Under the pieces are notes generated by a model. The model saw only the letters and a program-made list of their open reading frames with translations. It was not told the DNA's origin and searched no databases. Source: Planctomycetota bacterium (GTDB taxonomy: Bacteria > Planctomycetota > SZUA-567 > H5-PLA8). Taken from it: a stretch of 18,809 nt of DNA. The DNA lies in the NCBI GenBank assembly GCA_045863855.1, contig BTVV01000120.1:1-18809 (forward strand), written 5' to 3'. The position numbers were made by a program, and so were the translations under genes. Below, piece after piece: positions 11,213 through 18,058 of the stretch (positions are counted from its first letter, which is position 1; each line of letters opens with the position of its first letter).

Positions 11213-11352
11213 GGACGTGGTCCTCCCTTTTTTGTCTTGGGCCCGCCGCTACCTTGCGGCCCGTCTCGGTTTCACCATTCAAATCCGGGCTATCGCCCGG
11301 CTTCGGGGCAAGGGGGTCCCTGCCAAACTCACCAAATCGCTCCGCACATGTT

Positions 11353-11369
11353 ATCAAAGACCGTGCCAG
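11353..11369 (-). promoter_or_regulatory. Putative sigma54 (-24/-12) promoter of the chaperone operon
   Basis: Minus strand reads CTGGCACGGTCTTTGAT against consensus YTGGCACG-N4-TTGCW. GG-N10 spacing is correct, with C->A at -12. About 140 bp upstream of the groEL start. Confidence 0.6.
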
Positions 11370-11392
11370 CGGGGGTCCGCACAGGCTTCATT

Positions 11393-11418
11393 GTAAATCC
11401 TTGACGCATAACAACTAA
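11393..11418. promoter_or_regulatory. AT-rich IHF-like DNA-bending site
   Basis: GTAAATCCTTGACGCATAACAACTAA contains TAA-N4-TTGAC, close to the reverse IHF consensus YAA-N4-TTGATW. Lies between the -24 box and the upstream palindromes. Confidence 0.4.
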
Positions 11419-11462
11419 CGATAGCGCTTCCAACCCGAAGCCAAGGCTTGGGTTCGGCGGAC

Positions 11463-11517
11463 GGTTCAAAGTGACCCGTCCGCAACCGCTCGGCTCGCGT
11501 CAAACTGACTGCGAGCC
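11463..11517. promoter_or_regulatory. Pair of related palindromic sites (candidate enhancer-binding-protein UAS)
   Basis: TTCAAAGTGAC 11465-11475 and GTCAAACTGAC 11499-11509. The second is embedded in GGCTCGC...GCGAGCC (11492-11517). Confidence 0.4.
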
Positions 11518-11570
11518 CGCTTTCGCTACCCTAACTCGCACGAGGTGCAATGAGCGCCGCAGACGCTACC

Positions 11571-11599
11571 TTGTCGCACTCGCTTCCCCAAAGTAAGGT
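11571..11599 (+). promoter_or_regulatory. Putative sigma70-type promoter of the TIM-barrel isomerase gene
   Basis: TTGTCG-N17-TAAGGT, 35 bp upstream of ATG 11635. Confidence 0.4.
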
Positions 11600-11634
11600 G
11601 GCGTCCGCTGACCTATCCTCTAAAGGAGTCCCGC

Positions 11635-12495
11635 ATGCGACCGCGCACGCCGCAGGAGCCGTTCGGATACAGCTTCAACACGAGCAACATTCGCGGCCAG
11701 AAGCTCACGCTCGAAGAGGAAATCCAGATCGCCGCGGACGCCGGATTCGACGCGATCGAGCCGTGGATCGGGGAGATCGACCAGTACGTCGCGCGCGGCG
11801 GAACGCTGGACGATCTGCGCATGCGGATCAACGACTCGGGCCTGGACCTCGCCGGAGCGATCGGCTTCTTCGAGTGGTGCGTCGAAGACGATACGCGGCG
11901 CGCCAAGGGCTTCGAGGAAGCCAAGCGCAACATGGAGATGCTCGCCACGCTGGGCGGCACCTGCGTCGCGGCTCCGCCGTTCGGGCACCAGAACGAACCC
12001 GGATTGAACCTGCTTCGCGCGGCCGAACGCTTCGGCAAGCTCTGCGAAGTCGGCGACCAGTTCAACGTGGTCCCGCTCGTCGAATTCTGGGGCTTCTCGA
12101 AATCCCTCTCGCGCCTGGGCGAAGCGATCCTGGTGGCCGTCGAGAGCGGGCACCCGCAGGCCTGCGTCCTGGCCGACGTGTACCACATGCATAAGGGCGG
12201 CTCGCCCTTCGCCGGTTTGTGGAACCTCGGGCCGAATCTGATTCAGCTCTTCCACGTGAACGACTACCCCGGCGATATCCCGCCCGCGCAGCTTGAAGAC
12301 AAGCACCGCGTCTACCCGGGTGACGGCGCCGCGCCGCTGGCCACCGTCTTCCGCGCGCTGCGCGACAACGGATACCGCGGCTACCTCTCGCTCGAACTCT
12401 TCAACGAGGCGCTTTACAAGCAGGATCCGCGCGAGGTCGCCAAGACCGGGTTGGCCAAGATGCGCGAGTCGGTCGCGAAGGCCTGCGCGCGCTAG
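11635..12495 (+). CDS. Sugar phosphate isomerase/epimerase family TIM-barrel protein (IolI/IolE-like), 286 aa
   Basis: RBS AAAGGAG at 11622-11628. Motifs AGFDAIEPW, PLVEFWG, LADVYHM, LFHVND, RVYPGDG, GYLSLELFN. Confidence 0.9.
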   Translation: MRPRTPQEPFGYSFNTSNIRGQKLTLEEEIQIAADAGFDAIEPWIGEIDQYVARGGTLDDLRMRINDSGLDLAGAIGFFEWCVEDDTRRAKGFEEAKRNMEMLATLGGTCVAAPPFGHQNEPGLNLLRAAERFGKLCEVGDQFNVVPLVEFWGFSKSLSRLGEAILVAVESGHPQACVLADVYHMHKGGSPFAGLWNLGPNLIQLFHVNDYPGDIPPAQLEDKHRVYPGDGAAPLATVFRALRDNGYRGYLSLELFNEALYKQDPREVAKTGLAKMRESVAKACAR

Positions 12496-12513
12496 AGCAT
12501 CTTCTGAAATGCG

Positions 12514-13113
12514 CTAGCAGCCCAGCTTGCCCGAGGCCAGCGCCGTATACTGCGCGCCTCGGGATTCCAACTCGCTCTGGTACAGCACCAGCTTATCGAC
12601 TTCGCACGCGCCGAAGTGCGCGGACTCGTATTCGCGCAGGGCTTCCCAAAGCATCTCGGCGTGCCCGCGCACGCGGCCCAGCGTCAGATGCGCCTTGAAA
12701 CCGCGGTTCTCGGGCGGGATGCCCATCGTCGCGAGACACGCGTCGAGCGCCGCGTGCAGCTTGCCCAGTTCGGCCCCGCCGGCCACGATCCCGGCCGAAA
12801 CGATCCGCGGCGCGCGCCCCGGCGGAAACGCGCCCAAGCCTTCCACGCGCAGTTCGAACGGCGCGGCCTCGGCCGCGACCGCCTGCATCAGCTTCCCGAC
12901 CCGGCCCACTTCCAGCCACGGGACGTCGCCCAAGAACTTCACCGTCAGGTGCCAGTTCTCCTCGGGCAGCCACTTCACGTCCGAACGCCCGCAGCGTTCG
13001 CGCACGCGCTTCAGCACCGGGCGCAGGGCGTGCTTCACATCCTCGTCGAGGTCCACGGCGATGAAGGCGCGGATGCGGTGCGATCCGGCCGAATGCGACG
13101 GGCGTTGAACCAT
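12514..13113 (-). CDS. thpR: RNA 2',3'-cyclic phosphodiesterase (2'-5' RNA ligase, 2H phosphoesterase)
   Basis: C-terminal part of ORF 12514..13458, from ATG 13113. RAFIAV, two HxT motifs (WHLTVKFLG, AHLTLGR), GLGAFP, LYQSEL...Y. Confidence 0.9.
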   Translation of the reverse strand: MVQRPSHSAGSHRIRAFIAVDLDEDVKHALRPVLKRVRERCGRSDVKWLPEENWHLTVKFLGDVPWLEVGRVGKLMQAVAAEAAPFELRVEGLGAFPPGRAPRIVSAGIVAGGAELGKLHAALDACLATMGIPPENRGFKAHLTLGRVRGHAEMLWEALREYESAHFGACEVDKLVLYQSELESRGAQYTALASGKLGC

Positions 13114-13136
13114 GAACGTGCTCGCGGCGGCGCGCT

Positions 13137-13973
13137 TCAGCGCGCGGCCGGCTCCTTGTAAAAGTCCAGCGCCCGCGCTTCGCGCACGAAACCGTGCTTG
13201 GCCAGCCACTGGCCAAAGCGCGCGAGCCCGGCCTGCTCTTCGGCGCCGAGGTCGTAGCGGACGATGCGCGTGACGTACTCGTGCGCGCGCTCCAAGTCCA
13301 ATCCCGTCGGACCGCGGTGCGCCGCGGCGATCTCGCGCGCGTGCTTCAAGCCTTCGTCGCGCGCCCGCGCCAGCCGCGCCGGAAAACCATGCAATCGCGC
13401 GCCCGGACGGACCAGCCACGCCGCGAAGACGAACGGCAGGCCCGTCGCCGCATCCCAAAGGCCGAGCAAGTCCGTCGCCTCGAATCCCGGCTCGTTAAAG
13501 CGCAGCGCCGCGTCGCCGATCAGCAAAAATCCGTCGAGGTCCGCGCGCGCCGCCGGATCTTCGTCCCGCGAAAGCGCCACGTATTCGGGCGCCAGCCCGC
13601 GCGCTTCCTTCAGCAGCACTTGCAGGAAGACGTTGGTCGTCTCGCTGGCCGGATCGAGCCCCACGCGCTTGAGCCGCTCCAGCGGCTTGCGACGAAAGAG
13701 CCGGATGCTCCACATCTCGCGCCGCCCGCTCACCGACTGCCCCGGCACCAGCGTGTAACCCGGGCGGCGGAAGTATTCGACGCTGCTCACCAGCGCGACA
13801 TCGACTTCGCCGGCGGCGAGCTTCTGCGCCAGCAGGCTGGGCGGGTCGAGCGTGAGGGTGTACCGGTTGGGGATTCCTGCGCCCGCGGCCGCGAAAGTCC
13901 CTTCGGGCTCCAGGCCGTGGATCAGGACTTTGCTGTTGAGGTAAGGCACGCTGCCGAGCCGGACGGTGTTCAC
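13137..13973 (-). CDS. mqnA: Chorismate dehydratase MqnA (futalosine menaquinone pathway; MqnA/MqnD family)
   Basis: GTG start with RBS GAGGA. Motifs GSVPYLN, PSLLAQKL...DVALVSSVEY, SETT, LLIGDAAL, W...TGLPFVFAAW. Confidence 0.85.
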   Translation of the reverse strand: MNTVRLGSVPYLNSKVLIHGLEPEGTFAAAGAGIPNRYTLTLDPPSLLAQKLAAGEVDVALVSSVEYFRRPGYTLVPGQSVSGRREMWSIRLFRRKPLERLKRVGLDPASETTNVFLQVLLKEARGLAPEYVALSRDEDPAARADLDGFLLIGDAALRFNEPGFEATDLLGLWDAATGLPFVFAAWLVRPGARLHGFPARLARARDEGLKHAREIAAAHRGPTGLDLERAHEYVTRIVRYDLGAEEQAGLARFGQWLAKHGFVREARALDFYKEPAAR

Positions 13974-14064
13974 GCGGGATGTCCTCGCCTGCGCACGATA
14001 ATAGCGCAGGCGCGGGAATTTTCGGAATGCGGATTTGGGATCGCTGTTCCCATGACCTCGTCTG

Positions 14065-14097
14065 AAACGAACCGGGGCGCGGTTGCCCGCGCCCCGG
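14065..14097 (-). terminator. Putative intrinsic terminator after icd
   Basis: Perfect 11-bp stem CCGGGGCGCGG 14072-14082 / CCGCGCCCCGG 14087-14097 with a GCAA loop on the minus strand, followed by TTCGTTT. Confidence 0.7.
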
Positions 14098-14130
14098 AAG
14101 GGTGCTCGACTCCTTCGAACCGCCGCGCGC

Positions 14131-15534
14131 CTACATCTTCGCGATGATCGCGCTGGCGAATTCGCTGCACTTCAGCAGCTTCGCGCCTTCCATCAGGCGG
14201 TGGAAGTCGTACGTCACCGTCTTCGCGCCGATGGCGCCGTCCATGCCCTTGATGATCAGGTCCGCCGCTTCGTTCCAGCCCAGGTGGCGGAACATCATCT
14301 CGCCCGAAAGGATCACGCTGCCGGGGTTGACCTTGTCCTGGTTGGCGTACTTCGGCGCGGTGCCGTGCGTGGCCTCGAAGATCGCGTGTCCGGTGTCGTA
14401 GTTGATGTTCCCGCCCGGCGCGATGCCGATGCCGCCCACCTGCGCGGCCAGCGCGTCCGAAAGATAGTCGCCGTTCAGGTTCATCGTCGCGATCACGTCG
14501 AACTCGCTGGCGCGCGTGAGCACCTGCTGCAGCGTGATGTCGGCGATGGAGTCCTTGACCATCAGCTTGGACTTCCACTTCCCGCCGCCGTGCGTGGACC
14601 AGATCGCGTTGAGCACGCCTTCCACTTCCGCGCGCAGCGCCGCCTGCTGGTCCTTCGTCATCATGTCGTAACCGGGCTCGATCTCGCGCGCGTTGTCCTC
14701 GACGGAAATCGCCGCGTTCTTCTCGCGGTTGCCCAGAATCCAGCTCTCGCGCTGGCTGACCGTCTCGCCGCGGAACTCCTTGGCCGCCAGCTCGTAGCCC
14801 CAGTCGCGGAAGGCGCCTTCGGTGAACTTCATGATGTTGCCTTTGTGGACCAGCGTGAGGCTCTTGCGCTTCTGTTCCAGCGCGTACTTGATCGCCGCCC
14901 GCACCAGGCGGTTGGTGCCTTCCCGGCTGATCGGCTTGATCCCGATCCCGCAGCTATCGGGGAAGCGGATCTTCCCGTAGACCTTCGGGAACGCCTCCTT
15001 GAAGAGCTGCTTGAACTTGGCGACCTCCGGCGTCCCTTCCTGGAACTCCATGCCCGCGTAAATGTCCTCGGTATTCTCGCGGAAGATCACCGCGTTGACG
15101 TCCTCGGGGCGCTTGACCGGGCTGGGCACGCCGGTGAAGTAACAGACCGGGCGCAGGCAGACGTACAGGTCGAGGATCTGGCGCAGCGCGACGTTGAGGC
15201 TGCGGATGCCGCCGCCGATGGGCGTCGTCAGCGGGCCCTTGATCCCGACGAGATAGGTGCGGAACGCCTCCAGCGTGTCCTCGGGCAGCCATTCGCCCAG
15301 CTTGTTGAAACTCTTCTCGCCGGCCAGCACCTCGAACCAGGCGATCTTCTTCTTCCCGCCGTAGGCCTTCTGCACCGCCGCGTCGAAGACCCGCTGGCTG
15401 GCGCGCCAGATATCCGGCCCGGTCCCGTCGCCTTCGATGTACGGGATCACCGGATGATCGGGCACCTTCAGGATGCCGTTCTGGATGCGGATGGTACCGC
15501 CATCCGGCGGCGTGACGTGCTTGAACGAGGCCAT
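14131..15534 (-). CDS. icd: NADP-dependent isocitrate dehydrogenase (homodimeric type) with an internal insertion, 467 aa
   Basis: [79 protein letters not shown]. The K/Y and Y/R residues equivalent to the E. coli NADP determinants are present. Confidence 0.97.
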   Translation of the reverse strand: MASFKHVTPPDGGTIRIQNGILKVPDHPVIPYIEGDGTGPDIWRASQRVFDAAVQKAYGGKKKIAWFEVLAGEKSFNKLGEWLPEDTLEAFRTYLVGIKGPLTTPIGGGIRSLNVALRQILDLYVCLRPVCYFTGVPSPVKRPEDVNAVIFRENTEDIYAGMEFQEGTPEVAKFKQLFKEAFPKVYGKIRFPDSCGIGIKPISREGTNRLVRAAIKYALEQKRKSLTLVHKGNIMKFTEGAFRDWGYELAAKEFRGETVSQRESWILGNREKNAAISVEDNAREIEPGYDMMTKDQQAALRAEVEGVLNAIWSTHGGGKWKSKLMVKDSIADITLQQVLTRASEFDVIATMNLNGDYLSDALAAQVGGIGIAPGGNINYDTGHAIFEATHGTAPKYANQDKVNPGSVILSGEMMFRHLGWNEAADLIIKGMDGAIGAKTVTYDFHRLMEGAKLLKCSEFASAIIAKM

Positions 15535-15588
15535 GGAAACGGCTCCCCCTAACGGTGAATGATCGCGAACCCCGACGCTGTAAGCTCG

Positions 15589-15616
15589 TTTATAGGTTCC
15601 GCGGCAGGCCCGTCAA
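15589..15616 (-). promoter_or_regulatory. Putative sigma70 promoter of icd
   Basis: Minus strand TTGACG-N16-TATAAA, about 55 bp upstream of the ATG. Confidence 0.55.
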
Positions 15617-15743
15617 GGTACGCTGGGAACGAGCCGCCCGGCGCTTTGCCTTTTCGATACCGCGGCGAGGCCGCTTTTTAGGGGGCAACGACCCCGAACA
15701 GGCGCGTCTTAACAAGGTGAATCGCCGCAAGGAGAATCGCGCG

Positions 15744-16811
15744 ATGTTGCGAACGTGGGCCGTAGGAGCGTTGATCTGCGGGTGCCTGGCCGCCGGAGGC
15801 TGCCTGGGCGGAGCGCCCGCCGAAGGGCCGCCGGAAGCGGAGTCGCCCAAGGTCACCGTCCGCCTGAACGACGGTTCGGTGCTGGTCGGCAAGCTCCTGA
15901 CGCGCGAACTGCGCATGGTCACGCCCTTCGGCGCGCTGACGCTCCCCATCGCGCAGGTCTTCCGCGTCGACTTCGGCGCGCGGCCGACCCCCGAGGACCT
16001 CGAGGCCGCGCGCGCCGCCATCGCCAAGCTGGGCAGCACCGATTTCGCCGAACGCGACAAGGCCTTCCAGACGCTCGCCGAAGCCGGCGCCAAGGCCCTC
16101 GAACCGCTGCGCGAGGCCGCGGCCGCCGCGACCGACATGGAAGTCAAGCAGCGCATCTCCACGCTCCAGTCCGCCCTGGTGCGCGGAAACGCCGCGACGC
16201 TGCAAGACCGCATCGTCGCCCGAGGCCTGCGCGCGTCCGGCGCGCTCGCGCTGGAACGGCTGGAGTTCGAGACGCGCTTCGGCAAGCTGAGCGTGCTGGC
16301 GCGAGAGATCGAACGGCTGGAGTTCGATATCCTTAAGAAAGTGTGCATGGAAAACTTCGAGAAAGGCGCGCCGGCGTGGGAAGGCGAGTCCAACGGAGAG
16401 ACGCGCTGGCACGTCTCGCGCAAGCGCGCCTGCGAAGGCCGCTACGCGCTGCGCTGCAGCCTGCCCGAAGCCGAACGCTACGGCGACGCGGCCCGGGCCT
16501 CGATCGCCAGCCCGCGCTTCGATATCGGTACGCTGGAACGCCCGACGCTGCGCTACCGTTACTTCGCCCTGATCGAGAACGGCGCCGACCAGGTCCATGT
16601 CGAAGTCTCGATCAACGCCGGTGAAACCTGGACACGCGTACAGTCGCACGGCGCGACGGCCGACTGGGTCGTCGAGCGCATTCCGCTGGAAGCGCACCGC
16701 AGCGCCCAGCTCCGCGTGCGCTTTGTCTTCGAGAGCGACGAGAGCGAAAACCAGGAAGGCGTCTACGTGGACGAGCTTTCGGTCGGCGAGGGCCTGGACG
16801 AGGAGCCGTAA
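15744..16811 (+). CDS. Hypothetical exported protein, probable lipoprotein, with a HEAT-like helix pair and a C-terminal beta-sandwich
   Basis: ATG 15744 after RBS AAGGAG. Hydrophobic signal ending LAAGGC. Motifs VRLNDGSVLVGKL, IAKLGSTDFAERDKAFQTL, and C-terminal LRVRFVFESD...EGVYVDELSV. Confidence 0.75.
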   Translation: MLRTWAVGALICGCLAAGGCLGGAPAEGPPEAESPKVTVRLNDGSVLVGKLLTRELRMVTPFGALTLPIAQVFRVDFGARPTPEDLEAARAAIAKLGSTDFAERDKAFQTLAEAGAKALEPLREAAAAATDMEVKQRISTLQSALVRGNAATLQDRIVARGLRASGALALERLEFETRFGKLSVLAREIERLEFDILKKVCMENFEKGAPAWEGESNGETRWHVSRKRACEGRYALRCSLPEAERYGDAARASIASPRFDIGTLERPTLRYRYFALIENGADQVHVEVSINAGETWTRVQSHGATADWVVERIPLEAHRSAQLRVRFVFESDESENQEGVYVDELSVGEGLDEEP

Positions 16812-16816
16812 AGCTT

Positions 16817-16887
16817 CCGTGGAAGAGCGGCCGTAGAAGAGCAGCCGTGGAAGAGCAGCCGTTGAAGAGCGGCCGTGGCCGTGGCCG
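16817..16887 (+). repeat. 14-bp tandem repeat x4 followed by CCGTGG x2
   Basis: Units CCGTGGAAGAGCGG (16817), CCGTAGAAGAGCAG (16831), CCGTGGAAGAGCAG (16845), CCGTTGAAGAGCGG (16859). Confidence 0.9.
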
Positions 16888-16913
16888 CGACCCGGCCACA
16901 CCCCATCCTTCCA

Positions 16914-17390
16914 CGCGCCCTTGCCCCCAGCCCCACAGGGGCGGCATCCGAAAGCGAGGGGCGCAAGCCCCTCGACCCAAGCCCCCCGCCCCACCCAAAG
17001 TCCGTCTTCGTCCCTTGTGCCGAAGGCACAACCTTGGATAGCCCAGGGCAAGGTGCGCCCCGCGCGCCGCCGTTCGCAACCCGAGCAACCCCGAAGGGGT
17101 TGTGCAACAAAGCCCAGGGTTGCGCCGCAGGCGCTACCCTGGGAACGCGTCCCCCCGCGGCCGTTCAACCCTGAAAGGGTTGCGGTCCGTTCGCTTTCCG
17201 TGCAGTCCCCTTCGCGTCCCAAAAGGACGCCACGAAAATAGCCCGGCGTTTCAACGCCGGGAACCCGTCGCCACCGACCACCGCGCGCCCTTGCCCCCCA
17301 GCCCCGCAGGGGCGGCATAATAGGGCGAGGGGCGCAAGCCCCTCGACTCAAGCGCCCCTCTCCATCAAGAGCCCTGAAAGGGCGACATAA
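16914..17390 (+). repeat. Cluster of REP-like palindromic modules, including a ~70-bp direct repeat pair
   Basis: Hairpins at 16930-16942, 16955-16974, 17015-17031, 17086-17102, 17113-17143, 17166-17182, 17214-17230, 17242-17261, 17301-17313, 17326-17345, 17371-17383. Direct repeat 16914-16982 vs 17284-17353. Confidence 0.8.
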
Positions 17391-18058
17391 AGCCACCCCG
17401 ATCCGAAGAACGCCGAGCGCCTCGCCGAGATCTTCCGGCGCCAGTTCGGCCAAGGGCCGACTTGAAACTACGACCAGAGCGCGGGAATCCAGGCTCGGCC
17501 TGCGCCGTCAGCGGAAAGTTACGATGCCAACTTGGTAATGCCGACTCGACCGCGCCTTTCCAGAAGTACGCAGTTTACGATGCCGGCTCGGGCCTCGGCA
17601 CAGGAGTGCGCTGGGGAAAATTCTGGCATCTCGGAAAAACACCCCAGCGAACGCCGAACATCCGAGACAAAGTAACTCGGTCAGAAGTATGGTGAGAATG
17701 TGGTCGGGTACAGTTAATCCCGATTCAGTAGAGCGAATCGGTACCGTGAAGTTACAGGCAAGTAGGGTCGGTGGGAACTGATGGGTGTTGTCTCCAGCGT
17801 GAGATGAGCAGGCAGGAGAGGAAGCTTAAACCATCGCTTTTGCACCGACCCTGACACTCCAATTCTGACTGAAGCGTGATGCTATGGGAGCCTTTGAACA
17901 GGCTGGGGCGTAGGCTTTGTATATCGTATCCTATGTGCCCCAAATGTGTTATACGAATGTGGATGGCGCGAATCTCAAATCTAAAAAAGTTGCATAGGTT
18001 CGGCGTCAAGGCGGTTGTATTGGCGCAGAGCATGAGATCAGGTCAATGAGGCACCGTG

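Noticed and set aside
11213..11342. CIRCE operator or RNA thermometer in the groEL leader
   Set aside because: No TTAGCACTC-N9-GAGTGCTAA match. Leader hairpins exist (e.g. 11285-11300), but the RBS follows an A-run and is not evidently sequestered.
13114..13458. N-terminal extension of the thpR ORF
   Set aside because: It overlaps mqnA in another frame; ThpR homology begins near RAFIAV, just after ATG 13113.
16817..17390. CRISPR array or integron attC array
   Set aside because: No identical repeats with regular unique spacers, no cas or integrase gene, and no cassette ORFs between the hairpins.
16612..17453. Several short ORFs across the repeat cluster and the 591-aa minus-strand ORF 15678..17453
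   Set aside because: Low-complexity Pro/Arg/Gly translations of GC-rich palindromes, or antisense to the lipoprotein gene.
17462..18033. Small ORFs 17462..17695 (+) and 17752..18033 (-)
   Set aside because: No clear RBS, motif or codon bias; treated as non-coding, though small genes cannot be excluded.
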